The position numbers and the translations under genes are program-made. Below are positions 41,457 through 51,597 of a stretch of 64,000 nucleotides of DNA, piece after piece. The stretch's first letter is position 1. Every line of letters begins with the position of its first letter. Origin of the DNA: an uncultured Phycisphaerales bacterium (lineage in GTDB: Bacteria; Planctomycetota; Phycisphaerae; Tepidisphaerales; Tepidisphaeraceae); assembly GCA_963844715.1 (NCBI GenBank), contig CAWJPJ010000004.1:192001-256000 (forward strand). The letters run 5' to 3'. A model generated the notes under the pieces. That model made no database searches. It saw only the letters and a program-made list of their open reading frames with translations, and had not been told where the DNA came from.

Positions 41457-41736
41457 CAGAGCGTCACCCAATTGATAATAGCGTCTGCGTTGCGTCCAAA
41501 CGGGCCGGGGCGCTAGGCAGAGCGACGAGTTGGGTCAGGTGAAGCGACCCGGCGAGGAGCGATAACGACGCGAACGGCCCGTTTGGACGCAACCCTTCGG
41601 GTCGCCGCCTTTTGCGGCCCATGCGTCGTTACGGCTCCTCGCCGTATCCTTATACTTGATACGACTCGTCGCCGTGCCTAGCGTGTGCCGCAAAAGGCGG
41701 CGACGCAGACGCTATTATCAATTGGGTAACGCTCTA
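41457..41736. mobile_element. 280-bp MITE with IS630-like ends and nested internal inverted repeats
   Basis: 33-bp TIR (32/33 identical) AGAGCGT(C/T)ACCCAATTGATAATAGCGTCTGCGT; TA at right end; four internal IR pairs; no convincing ORF. Confidence 0.85.
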
Positions 41737-41737
41737 T

Positions 41738-42136
41738 ATGGCCCTGTCACAGACTATTATGCTCCGTGTCCGGTACAGCGAAGTAGACGCCATGGGATAT
41801 TTGCATCACAGCCGATACTTGCAGTATTTCGAATTGGGGCGGATCGAATTACTGCGAGCCATCGGATTCAGCTACGCCGATCTGGAGCGGCAGGGGATCT
41901 ATTTCGTCGTCGCCAAGGCGGAGGTTCGCTACAAGGCCCCGGCCCGTTTTGACGAGGAATTGAGTCTTACAACCCGCCTGGCCCGGCAGACCCCTGTCCG
42001 CTATGAGCATGCATATGAACTGCGCCGGGGGGAGACGCTCCTGGCCGAGGGGAGCACCACGATCGCATGCGTGGGGAGAGATGGGCAGCTCCAGCCGATT
42101 CCGGAAATGATCGTTGCCGCGACGCCGAAGGAATGA
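41738..42136 (+). CDS. acyl-CoA thioesterase (YbgC/FadM hotdog family)
   Basis: RVRYSEVDAMG.LHHSRYLQYFELGR and YKAPARFDE. Confidence 0.92.
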   Translation: MALSQTIMLRVRYSEVDAMGYLHHSRYLQYFELGRIELLRAIGFSYADLERQGIYFVVAKAEVRYKAPARFDEELSLTTRLARQTPVRYEHAYELRRGETLLAEGSTTIACVGRDGQLQPIPEMIVAATPKE

Positions 42137-42142
42137 TCTTCC

Positions 42143-42499
42143 TCAGCTTACTTTCGATCCCGCGGCGACGAGTTCGGAAGGCGTAACGACGATCACGCGG
42201 CCGGTGGTCGCGTCGGTGGCGGCCAGGAGCATTCCCTGGCTGATCTCCCCGCGCATTTGGCGTGGTTCGAGATTGGCGACGACCACAATTTGTTTTCCGA
42301 CAAGCGATTGGGGATCGGCGACATGCTGCCGAAGACCCGCGCAAATCTGCCGTTTTTCACCGCCTAAGTCGATCTGCAAAACCAGGAGTTTATCGGCGTT
42401 GGCGTGCGGCTTGCAGTCGAGAACCGTAGCCACGCGCAACTCAAGTTTGGCGAAATCGTCATAGGCAATCGACGGTTGACCCGGCGCTGGGGTGTCCAT
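42143..42499 (-). CDS. stand-alone tRNA-binding OB-fold protein (MetG C-terminal/Trbp111/CsaA-like)
   Basis: DDFAKLELRVA, HANADKL and VANLEPRQMRGEISQGMLL. Confidence 0.9.
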   Translation of the reverse strand: MDTPAPGQPSIAYDDFAKLELRVATVLDCKPHANADKLLVLQIDLGGEKRQICAGLRQHVADPQSLVGKQIVVVANLEPRQMRGEISQGMLLAATDATTGRVIVVTPSELVAAGSKVS

Positions 42500-42518
42500 T
42501 TTCAGCCCTCTTAATGAA

Positions 42519-42546
42519 GTGAACCCGGGCGGCAACCCGGGTTCAC
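42519..42546. terminator. GC-rich hairpin
   Basis: GTGAACCCGGG...CCCGGGTTCAC; no clear U-tract. Confidence 0.4.
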
Positions 42547-42570
42547 AACTGGTCTGTTCGTTCGCCCGAT

Positions 42571-43134
42571 TCAGGCAGTCTTGATCACTTCGATGATCGC
42601 CTGGGTCTTAATGACCATCTGGTTTTCATCGAAAAGATGGAAGCTCTGAACCAGCAGTTCGTGGCTGCGGCGTTCGATATCGAGAACGCTGAGCGAGCCG
42701 CCGGCTTCGCCTGTACCGGGAAGATCCGCGGTCATCAGTTCGCGCTTGTTCGCATAGGTCGCGATTTCGTGTTTCGTCGCGTCGTAAAGCGTTTGGGTCA
42801 GCTGCTCTTCCTGCGTGCTGATCATGTAGCGGATGGTGCCGCCGTAGACGTCTTCATGGTATTTCTCGCCCCGGCAGGGGGTCGAGAGAAGCAGGCCACG
42901 GTCCGTGATCGGCTCATTCCGGGTGGCAATCACCTCGGTGAGGGTGTTTTTGCCGGCGGTAAAGCTGATGACGTGCCCGCCCTCGACGAGCCAGATGTCG
43001 GCTTCATAGGCGCGGCGGCTCACCTGCTCGGAGGCCAGGATACGAAAGAGCTCCGGATGCAAGGTTCGCTGGTATAGAAGGAGGGTTAGCCCCCCCGTTC
43101 GACGCTGTTTTGTTCGGTTGCTCATAGCTTCCAT
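42571..43134 (-). CDS. DUF2617-family protein
   Basis: LYQRTLHPELF N-terminal motif, GGHV, and SFH...IKTQ C-terminus. Confidence 0.7.
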   Translation of the reverse strand: MEAMSNRTKQRRTGGLTLLLYQRTLHPELFRILASEQVSRRAYEADIWLVEGGHVISFTAGKNTLTEVIATRNEPITDRGLLLSTPCRGEKYHEDVYGGTIRYMISTQEEQLTQTLYDATKHEIATYANKRELMTADLPGTGEAGGSLSVLDIERRSHELLVQSFHLFDENQMVIKTQAIIEVIKTA

Positions 43135-43366
43135 GCTCTTTCTAGAAGGGAACTCCCTTCGCAAAAGCGACACCTGGGTCTGCCCATCGTGTCATTCTAT
43201 GCCTGCGGAAGAAATGCTCGGCGGAGGGCCTGAACTTCGGAAACACACCCCGCATCCATGCAAAGCGTCTCCGATCCGCAACTGTGACGATCCTGTCCAC
43301 AACGGAAGGACCAATGTCTAATCATTATAGATATTTTGGGTCAAAAAGTAACAAAATAATCGACTG

Positions 43367-44157
43367 TTAATGCATCGTTAACGCCTGAAGCGCCACGATC
43401 ATTATGTCGTAAGAGATGTGACATCCTGCGGTTATGCCAAAACCCCGGGTTAAAAATAGCCCGGCAAAATAAATTCCCGCGATGGTTCTAAAGGCAAAAC
43501 TCTGCCATTGGAAGGTCTCATGGCCCAAGTAATGGTAGAGGGAAAACAATATGGCAGAGATCGATACCATTAGCAGGTTCGCCCAGAGCTTTGGAAGGCC
43601 CAGCATATCGCTCAGGAGGAGCATCAGGAGGGTCATCAGAATCAGGCGAAAGACCAGTTCCTCGTAAATTCCGGCCCCTAAAGACAATATGGTCTCATCC
43701 CGCCAGGAAGTAGCCGGGCCCCAGAGGGGGACATGGATGTTCCAGCGGGCGGAGGAAATTCCTAGTGCAAGAAGCGGGATTGCCAGGGTCAGGCTTTCCA
43801 TCGCCATGCCCCAGACAGTTTCGAGCTTGATCGTCCAAGGGTCCCGCCGGGCGAGGTGCCAACTGACGAGGATCGTGATCAGGGCAAAAGCGGGGATTAA
43901 CCGGCCGCTGGCGCCAAGTTGAGTAAAGAAGACTTGAAGGAGGCGGAAGGCGATGGGGTCGGAGGGGTGAAAATAGGTGCCGACCTCGAAGATGAAGAGC
44001 AACGGGAGCAGGAACACCAGGCTGTGCAGGGGCAATTCGGATTGCGCAGATAGGTATTGGTCGCCTTGGAGATTTTCGAACTTTTAGCAGCCTTGGCGGA
44101 TTTGCCGGTCTTTGCGGAGGCACCGCCGGCGGGACGCGTGGCGACGGCGCGGCTCAT
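43367..44157 (-). CDS. CPBP (CAAX/Abi) intramembrane metalloprotease (frameshift near 44040)
   Basis: AGIYEELVFR, FSLYH and GCHISYD; N-terminus in ORF 43897..44157. Confidence 0.85.
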
Positions 44158-45194
44158 CGCTTGTCACCGCCGGGCTTCTTGTCGGCCAGGAAATCTAGCG
44201 ATTGCGGAATCACGCGCGTGATGCGAACGGAGCGGCTGCCTTTGAACTGCCCAACCTGAGCCAGGAATTTACTCTTGCCCTCGACTTGAATGAGCACGTC
44301 CTTGTCGGATTCCTTGTCGGTGGTGATCACGTCTCCCACTTCCATTGAGAGCAGATCATCCAGCCGTATCGTAGTCTGGGCCAGGAACGCGCGCATCTGC
44401 ACGGGGGCGGCCGTGACGTTCTTGGTCAGTTTGCGGAGATGGTCTTCCTGCGCCCCTTTTCGCTGGTAACTGAACCAGTTTTGAGCAGCCAGCATGCCCA
44501 TGATCGGCTCGATGACGTTGTACGGGATGCACAGGCTCATCGTGCCGGCGCGATTGCCCATCTTCAATTCGAAGCCGACAACGACGACCGTTTCGTTCGG
44601 CGGCACGATCTGCACCAATTGCGGATTGCTCTCAAAATCCTCGACCCGGAACGTGACCGGCGTGAGGTTGCTCCAGGCTTCGGAGAGATGATGCGTGGCG
44701 CGGTCGGTGATGCGCTGCACCAGGCGCTGCTCGATCTGAGTCAGCGGGCGCTGGGGAATGAAGAGTTCGGCGTTGCTGCCGCCGAGGAGGCGGTCAACGA
44801 TGGGGTAGATGATCAGCGGGCTGATCTCGAGGCAGAGCTGGCCATCAAGCTGCTCGGCTTTGAGAAGGTTGAAGCAGGTCGGGTTGGGGAGGGAGTGAAT
44901 GAATTCGCTGTAGGTGAGCTGCTCGATGTGAGCGACATTCACTTCAATGATGGTTCGCAGATAGCCTGAGATGGCGGCCCCGAAATTTCTGCCGAAGCCT
45001 TCGTGGAGGCCTTCGAGGGCGCGCATCTGGTCTTTGCTGACGCGTTCGGGGCGTTTGAAATCGTAGACCTGGACGTCGACCTGGAGTTTGCCGTGCGAGC
45101 TGTAGACGGTGGGGGTGGCTTCGCGCTGCACGGCGCCGCCGTCAACGGCAGCCAGGAGTGCGTCCACCTCGGATTGATCCAATACATCTGCCAA
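44154..45194 (-). CDS. fliM: flagellar motor switch protein FliM
   Basis: DVLDQSEVDALL, YDFKRPERVSK, LLGG and ESNPQ. Confidence 0.95.
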   Translation of the reverse strand: MADVLDQSEVDALLAAVDGGAVQREATPTVYSSHGKLQVDVQVYDFKRPERVSKDQMRALEGLHEGFGRNFGAAISGYLRTIIEVNVAHIEQLTYSEFIHSLPNPTCFNLLKAEQLDGQLCLEISPLIIYPIVDRLLGGSNAELFIPQRPLTQIEQRLVQRITDRATHHLSEAWSNLTPVTFRVEDFESNPQLVQIVPPNETVVVVGFELKMGNRAGTMSLCIPYNVIEPIMGMLAAQNWFSYQRKGAQEDHLRKLTKNVTAAPVQMRAFLAQTTIRLDDLLSMEVGDVITTDKESDKDVLIQVEGKSKFLAQVGQFKGSRSVRITRVIPQSLDFLADKKPGGDKR

Positions 45195-45274
45195 AGCGCA
45201 CCGGCCTCCGTGCCCAAAAAGTGCTGTAATACATTATCGGACAATCGGGCCAAAATTCTATATGCTTGCCCCTT

Positions 45275-46383
45275 ATGGCTGGAAAACTGCGAGTTGGCGT
45301 GATCGGGTGCGGGAAGATCAGCGATCTTTACCTACGGACGGCCCAAAAGTTCCCCATTCTGGATATCACCGCCTGCGCGGACCTGAACCGCCAGGCGGCG
45401 GCGGATCGCGGGCGGGAGTTTCGGATTCGCAAAATCCTGACCACCGAGCAGCTTTTGGGCGATCCGGAGATCGATATCGTCCTGAATCTGACGATTCCGA
45501 AGGCGCACGCCCAGATTACGCTGGCGGCCCTGAACGCGGGCAAACATGTTTATACGGAAAAGCCGCTGGGTGTGACCCGGGTGGAGGGGGCGGCGATTCT
45601 GGAAGCGGCGGCGAAGAATAAAAAGCTGATCTGCGGCGCACGGATACATTTTTAGGATCCGGCCAGCAGACGGCCCGGCAGGCGATCGACGCCGGGGCAG
45701 TCGGCCGCCCGGTGGCGTTCACGGCGTTCATGATGTGTCCGGGGCATGAATCGTGGCATCCGAATCCGGAGTTCTATTATCAAGCGGGCGGGGGACCGAT
45801 GCTGGACATGGGGCCTTATTATTTGACGGCGCTGCTCAACTTGCTGGGGCCGGTGAAACGACTGTGTGCCCTGGCCGATATCGCGATTCCCAGTCGGACG
45901 ATCAGGAGCGAGCCGAAGCGCGGGCAGAAAATAAAGGTCCAGACGCCGGACCACATCGTGGGGTCGATGGAATTTGAGCAGGGGGCGATTGGGACGATCG
46001 TCACTTCGTTCGCGACGCATTTTCCCCAGCACAGCACGGAACATCCGATCACGATCTTTGGGAACGAGGGGACGCTGCTTGTCCCCGATCCGAATCATTT
46101 TGATGGAACCGTCTTTCTGCGGACGCTGGTGGATCGGAAGTTCAAGAGGGTGAAGCCGATCTGGAAGCATAAATACGAGCGCTCGGCGGGTTTGGCGGAG
46201 ATGGCGCAAGCGATTCAATCCCAACGCCCGCCGCGCTGCGGCGGGGAGCAGCTCTTCGCGGTGCTTGATCTGATGGTCGGGTTTTTGGATTCGGCGCGGG
46301 AGGGGCGGGAGTATCGGGTGACGACCCCGTGCCAGCGGCCGCGGGCTTTGCGGCGGGGGGTGGGGTTTGGGGAGTTTGAGTGA
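45275..46383 (+). CDS. Gfo/Idh/MocA oxidoreductase (frameshift near 45640)
   Basis: GVIGCGKIS, GKHVYTEKP and GGGPMLDMGPY. Confidence 0.92.
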
Positions 46384-46394
46384 GGGGAGGGGGT

Positions 46395-46440
46395 AATGAC
46401 GAATGACGAATGATAAATGACGAATCAATGGTTCAATGAT
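46395..46440. repeat. interspersed repeat family 3, half copy
   Basis: TAATGACGAATGACGAATGATAAATGACGAATCAATG. Confidence 0.75.
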
Positions 46441-46489
46441 GGAGAATGGCGGAAGGGGTGCGGGTGGGTTCGTTTAGTTGTTGTGGGGC

Positions 46490-47740
46490 TTAGCTCAGGC
46501 CGTTGGCGCAGCGTTTGCGACGCATTAGCATTACTCCGGCGGCGGCGAATAGGGTGAAGGTGCTTGGTTCGGGCACCATTACGACCGCGGCGTCGGTGCC
46601 GAAACCGAAGTCGATGTCGGTATCCGATTCGGGGTCCTGCGATGCGCCGTTGAGCGAGGCCGTGTAGGTGCCGGTGAATAGCGGGAATGCGTTGTTGATG
46701 TCCAGGGCCGCGGAAGTGCCGTCGTTGGTGTAAGTCACGTCCGTGGTGTCGGCGAGGAGATTGGCCAGAATCTGGCTGCCGGTCAGGTCGCCGGAAAGGG
46801 AGAGGCGGGTTGAGTCATAGGTGAAGGCGGCGGAGAGCACGGGAGTTCCGGACGTCGAGTCGAGCTTGAGCGTCAAATCCCAGATTGGATCGGATGCAGT
46901 GGTTTGGAGCGTGGGATCGTTGCTGTCATCGGCGAAGAAATTCATGACCGCGACTTCGCCCGGTGCGTCGACGGAGAGTTCGGTCGGGATGTAGGTGGGG
47001 TTGCCGGAGTCGTCGGCTCCGTTGATGACGGGACCGCCGATCGTCGGCGAATAGGAATAGGTGTCAAAATTGTTGGAATCATCGGCGCCCGAGACCGCGA
47101 CGATTGGGTACGGGTCCATATTGTAAGAACCCGACTGCGTCCCTGCGGGGGCGGCTTTGTTCATGCCTGCGATGGCGCCCAGTTGGATGTATTTGCTTTG
47201 ACCCGGGATGCCGCCGGGAAAATAAGACGCGCTGGCGTTATCGGTGGGAGCATACTTGGCGGGCGGCGGGCCGGTGGCGGGATCGGAGGAAATGATTTTG
47301 AAAAGAGCGCCCGCCGGCTTGGCAATAAAAGTGGTCTTACCTGTCCAGGTTTCGAAAACCCCGTCGCCGGGGTTGGCGGCGGTGGCGCCGAAGACGATTG
47401 GGTTGGTGAATAACCCCGTGGGAACGCTGAACCCATCGATGCGGTAGGCGGCGGTTCCGACCCCGAGAACCCATCGGGTCAGATTTTGAGCGCCGCCGGG
47501 GACGCCGGAAAAAGTCTTCATTCCAATCGTGGTGCTGAGGGGATTGGCGATGCCCGTGTCCTTGACGGGTGTCCCGGCCGCGGTAACGCCGGCCCGGGCG
47601 GAAAAAAGAGCTTGTGCTACAGGTGAGTCAAACGAAAGCGTCGCGACAGCCGCGCCGATCAACAACAACGCAAAAGACCCCTGAATTTTACGCGAAGCTT
47701 TCAACTCAACAGAGTTGAGGGGACGGCGTGCGCATGGCAT
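46490..47740 (-). CDS. PEP-CTERM sorting domain protein
   Basis: Signal-like N-terminus; C-terminal VPEPSTFTLFAAAGVMLMRRKR. Confidence 0.88.
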   Translation of the reverse strand: MPCARRPLNSVELKASRKIQGSFALLLIGAAVATLSFDSPVAQALFSARAGVTAAGTPVKDTGIANPLSTTIGMKTFSGVPGGAQNLTRWVLGVGTAAYRIDGFSVPTGLFTNPIVFGATAANPGDGVFETWTGKTTFIAKPAGALFKIISSDPATGPPPAKYAPTDNASASYFPGGIPGQSKYIQLGAIAGMNKAAPAGTQSGSYNMDPYPIVAVSGADDSNNFDTYSYSPTIGGPVINGADDSGNPTYIPTELSVDAPGEVAVMNFFADDSNDPTLQTTASDPIWDLTLKLDSTSGTPVLSAAFTYDSTRLSLSGDLTGSQILANLLADTTDVTYTNDGTSAALDINNAFPLFTGTYTASLNGASQDPESDTDIDFGFGTDAAVVMVPEPSTFTLFAAAGVMLMRRKRCANGLS

Positions 47741-48119
47741 TTTTCACTCTCCGCTGATGCCCGAAGGACAGGCAGACCCGCTACGGTCTGTGGAGGGGAT
47801 CATAGCCACATCCGCGCGGAAGGCTACAAAAAAGCGATTCCGACAGGATATACGGGGCGGGTATCACAAGAACCCAGTTTGTGTTCGATGGCGAGGGCGG
47901 AACAGAATGACGGTTCGTCGATCAAAGCGAACGCGTTTTGGAGAGTTTGAATCATCGATGGCGCGAATTCCCGCGGGCTGTAGTTTCATTTCACAATTGA
48001 ACTTTAGTTTTGTGTTAAAAGCTGTCACTTAAAGTTACTTTTGTTGCAATAGCTGGCACAAAGTGATTGACTGTATCTGACCTTCCGGGTGGGGCAGTTT
48101 CCTTACACAATTTTGGCGC

Positions 48120-48992
48120 TTGCGGTTCCGTTCTGGCCCGCGCCGGGAGGATATTCCAATGGGATACGGTCCATCGCGAAGTTCGGCCACGTTTTCGGCA
48201 GCCCGGAAACTACCGGGACTTACTTGTGGCCCAGGGTCGAAAGGTCCGGTTTGCTTTCCCCCGTCGATCGTCCATTTAAAGCGGGAAATCCCCAGTATCA
48301 ATTGGGGGGTCGCGCTGTTTCTCTGCGCGCTGGTGGCATTGACGGTGTCGAAAGCGGCCGCTCAAAATCAGATCGGCACGGTCTTCTTAAACTCCGGCGG
48401 ACTGCTGGACGGCCAAACCGTTGATTCAACGAACCAATGGATAACCGTCCTCCCCAATGAGGCCATCACGGGAACCGTGAATGTGCAAACGGACAACTTT
48501 TTGCCGTCGGATGCGGTGGCTCCTCTGGGTTACACGGCAACTTGGGGAGACAGAACGACGCAGCCTGTTCTAATCAATGGCTGGATCGCAACAGGTGTTC
48601 AAAACTACGGTTTTTCGGTCAATGAAACGGCGCCCGAGATGCCGGGGACTTACTATCTGCCGATTGCATTTTCAGGCGAGTTCACCATCCAAGAAGTAAT
48701 GTCGGCGACGAACTGGACAGTCTCAAGCGGCCCAGTCTGGAACGATGGAAACGATGTTGGCTGGGACTGGACAAGCGCCCAATACGCGCAGGATGCTTCT
48801 CAGGGCTACGTCACTCAACCCTACCTTTTCCCTGATGGCTATCAAGAGCAGGTCATTCCTTCCAATTGGGTTGGGATAACTGTGGTTCCTGAGCCGACTT
48901 CCCTATCCATGCTCGCGGTTTTTGGGTTGGGGTTGCTTCCGCGTCGTCGGCGACAGATGGAACGGTGCGTCGTGGAATTTCGTGACAGTTAG
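48120..48992 (+). CDS. PEP-CTERM sorting domain protein (start uncertain)
   Basis: VPEPTSLSMLAVFGLGLLPRRRR; signal-like segment near 48300. Confidence 0.85.
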   Translation: MRFRSGPRREDIPMGYGPSRSSATFSAARKLPGLTCGPGSKGPVCFPPSIVHLKREIPSINWGVALFLCALVALTVSKAAAQNQIGTVFLNSGGLLDGQTVDSTNQWITVLPNEAITGTVNVQTDNFLPSDAVAPLGYTATWGDRTTQPVLINGWIATGVQNYGFSVNETAPEMPGTYYLPIAFSGEFTIQEVMSATNWTVSSGPVWNDGNDVGWDWTSAQYAQDASQGYVTQPYLFPDGYQEQVIPSNWVGITVVPEPTSLSMLAVFGLGLLPRRRRQMERCVVEFRDS

Positions 48993-49025
48993 GATTTTCC
49001 GTTTTCGCGCGGTCTAATTCGCGCG

Positions 49026-49562
49026 ATGAACGGCAGATACGCAAAAGGCTCGGCCGTTTTTTCAAATTGCGGGCGATATCGGTACGTGCTGCGCCGGGTG
49101 TGGGATGAATCAAAACCGTCAGTGCTCTTCATTGGATTGAATCCCTCCACGGCCGACGCGGAAAAAGACGATCCGACGATTCGGCGATGCGTGCGGTTCG
49201 CGGCGGATTTGGGGTTTGGGGCGGTCATTGTCGTGAATTTGTTTGCGTATCGGGCGACTGAGCCGGGCGTGCTGAAGCGGGTGAGGGATCCGGTGGGGAG
49301 GATGAATGATCGGTGGATCGCTCGGTCGCGGAAAGAGGCGGGATTCGTTATTGCGGCTTGGGGAGTGCATGGCGTTTTGCGCGGGCGGGATCGGGTGGTG
49401 ATGGGTCGGCTTGGGGAGGCGTTTTGTTTGGGGCGGACGAAAGGGGGGCAGCCTAGACACCCACTTTATTTGTCGCGTTCGGCGCGGCCGGTAGCGTTTG
49501 GTGGTAAACCCGAAACCACCCGCCGCGGCGGGCGAATGACGAATCAATGCTCGAATGACTGA
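49026..49562 (+). CDS. DUF1643 domain protein
   Basis: CGRYRYVL.R.W, GLNPSTAD...DDPT, NLFAYRAT, AAWG and PRHPLY. Confidence 0.92.
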   Translation: MNGRYAKGSAVFSNCGRYRYVLRRVWDESKPSVLFIGLNPSTADAEKDDPTIRRCVRFAADLGFGAVIVVNLFAYRATEPGVLKRVRDPVGRMNDRWIARSRKEAGFVIAAWGVHGVLRGRDRVVMGRLGEAFCLGRTKGGQPRHPLYLSRSARPVAFGGKPETTRRGGRMTNQCSND

Positions 49563-49640
49563 ATGTCCGAAACGAATTCATTCGGGCATTTGGGCATTCG
49601 GAGTTGATTCGGATTTCTGATTTCTGGTTTCGGGCTTTCG
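49534..49640. repeat. interspersed repeat family 3 variant
   Basis: GAATGACGAATCAATGCTCGAATGA...TTTCTGATTTCTGGTTTCGGG; related to 54101. Confidence 0.75.
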
Positions 49641-49693
49641 AAACGCCGCCCCTCACCCATCGTGCCGAAACTGGCGGAAGGGGACAGGGAGTG

Positions 49694-49719
49694 CTCTCCC
49701 CATGGTTACATGGGGAGAG
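49694..49719. repeat. REP-like palindrome, family 1
   Basis: CTCTCCCCATG-GTTA-CATGGGGAGAG just past the leuA stop. Confidence 0.7.
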
Positions 49720-49730
49720 GGGGTAAGAAT

Positions 49731-51309
49731 CTAAAGGCTCGGCGGTTCCGCCGCCTTTTCTCTGTTGCTCAGACTGCGAAGCCGATTCACGGCGGCCAGG
49801 TAGGCCAGGGCGCTGGCTTCCAGGATGTCGGTGCTTAGGCCTCGGCCTCGGATTTTTTTGCCGCTGTGCTCGAGTTCGACGCTGGCTTCGCCGAGGGCTT
49901 CCTTGCCTCGGGTGATGGAGCGGATGCGGTAGTCGGTGAGGTTCATTTTAATCCCCGTCAGGCGTTGGATGGCGGAATAGATGGCGTCGATGGGGCCGTC
50001 GCCCACGCTGGCGTCCTGGACGGATTGGCCGGAGCTGTCGCGCAGGGTGACCGTCGCGGTGGGGATGGTGTTTTGGCCGGCCACGACTTGCAGGGCGGTC
50101 AGTTGCCACAGGCCGGCGGTCAGATCCAGTTGGGTGTCGATCAGAGCCTCGATGTCCTCGTCGAAGACTTCTTTCTTCTTGTCGGCCAGGGCCTTGAATT
50201 TGACGAAGGCGGATTCGATCTGCTCCTCGGTCAGGTTGTAGCCCAGGAAGACGACGCGTTCGCGGAAGGCGTGGCGGCCGGAGTGTTTGCCCAGGACCAG
50301 GGAGGTTTTCGGGATGCCGACGGTTGCGGGGTCCATGATTTCGTAGGTTTCGCGGAACTTCAGGACGCCGTCCTGATGGATGCCGGCTTCGTGCGCGAAG
50401 GCGTTTTCGCCGACGATGGCTTTGTTGCGCTGGACGGCCAGGCCGGTGAGGGAGCTGACCATTCTGCTGGCCGGATAGATTTTGGTCGCGTCGATGCGGG
50501 TTTGGGCTTTGAAGGCGTCGTGGCGCGTGCGCAGGGCCATGACGATTTCTTCCAGGGCGGCGTTGCCGGCGCGTTCGCCGATGCCGTTGATGGTGCACTC
50601 GGCCTGCGCGCGCGCCGTTCTGGATCGCGGACAGGGAATTGGCGACCGCCAGGCCCAGATCGTTGTGGCAATGGCACGACAGGACGATTTTGCGCTCGCG
50701 CAGGATCGGCAATTTGCTCAGCAGATGGGAGAAGATTTCGCCGTAGCCGGTCGGGGTGGCGTAGCCGACGGTGTCGGGGAGATTGACGGTGGTTGCGCCG
50801 GCTTCCACCGCGGCTTGCACGATCTCTTCCAGAAATTCCAGTTCGGTCCGGCTCGCGTCCTCCGGCGAAAATTCGACGTCCTTGGTGTACTGCAACGCCT
50901 GTTTGATCGACTGGACGCTGATTTCAATGATCTGTTCCTTTCCCTTTTTCAGCTTGTGATCGCGATGAATCTTGCTGGTGGCGCAAAAGACGTGAATGCG
51001 GGGGTGCTTTGCGCCGCGGACGGCTTCACCGGCGCGGTCGATGTCCTTGGGGATGCAGCGGGCCAGGCCGCAGACGACGGATTTGGTTATTTCGGAGGAG
51101 ATGGTGTGGACGGCTTCAAAATCGCCGTCGGAACTGATGGGGAATCCGGCTTCGATGATGTCGACGCCCATGGATTCCAGGAGACGGGCGATTTCCAGCT
51201 TTTCGCTTCGGGTCAGGGTCGCGCCCGGCGATTGCTCGCCGTCGCGCAGAGTGGTGTCGAAGATTCGTACGGTGTTGTCGGTCTTGTTGTCGGTCGTTAC
51301 GGGGTTCAT
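49731..51309 (-). CDS. leuA: 2-isopropylmalate synthase (frameshift near 50605)
   Basis: [38 protein letters not shown] and GDGPIDA. Confidence 0.95.
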
Positions 51310-51351
51310 GGTGTCGGCTCCTGTTTCGTCTATCGTTATCGATCAGTCATG

Positions 51352-51385
51352 AAAAACAAAAAACCCTGCGATCTGGATCGCAGGG
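51352..51385 (-). terminator. attenuator terminator of the leuA leader
   Basis: Minus strand CCCTGCGATC-CA-GATCGCAGGG followed by TTTTTTGTTTTT. Confidence 0.88.
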
Positions 51386-51423
51386 CTTCATTTTTTGGAA
51401 ATATGAATCGTCCTACGATCTCT

Positions 51424-51507
51424 CTATGCAGTGATACCGGTGGTAAGGCCCAGGGTAAGGGCCTTGGTAAGGTTGACTAGCGAGAATAGGGCAGTGGTTG
51501 GCCGCAT
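51424..51507 (-). CDS. leuA leader peptide (27 aa, MRPTTALFSLVNLTKALTLGLTTGITA)
   Basis: Manual translation; 6 Leu (CTA x2, CTT x3, CTG) and 7 Thr codons, directly upstream of antiterminator and terminator. Confidence 0.8.
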   Translation of the reverse strand: MRPTTALFSLVNLTKALTLGLTTGITA

Positions 51508-51597
51508 AATTCAGGTGGTTATTTAATCGGCTGATTGGGGGGTTGTCAATAACAGATCGAGAATTTCGGGCGGTGAATTGGGGATTAATCGAAAAAA

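Noticed and set aside
47741..48300. c-di-GMP or other riboswitch between the PEP-CTERM genes
   Set aside because: No recognisable consensus found by eye
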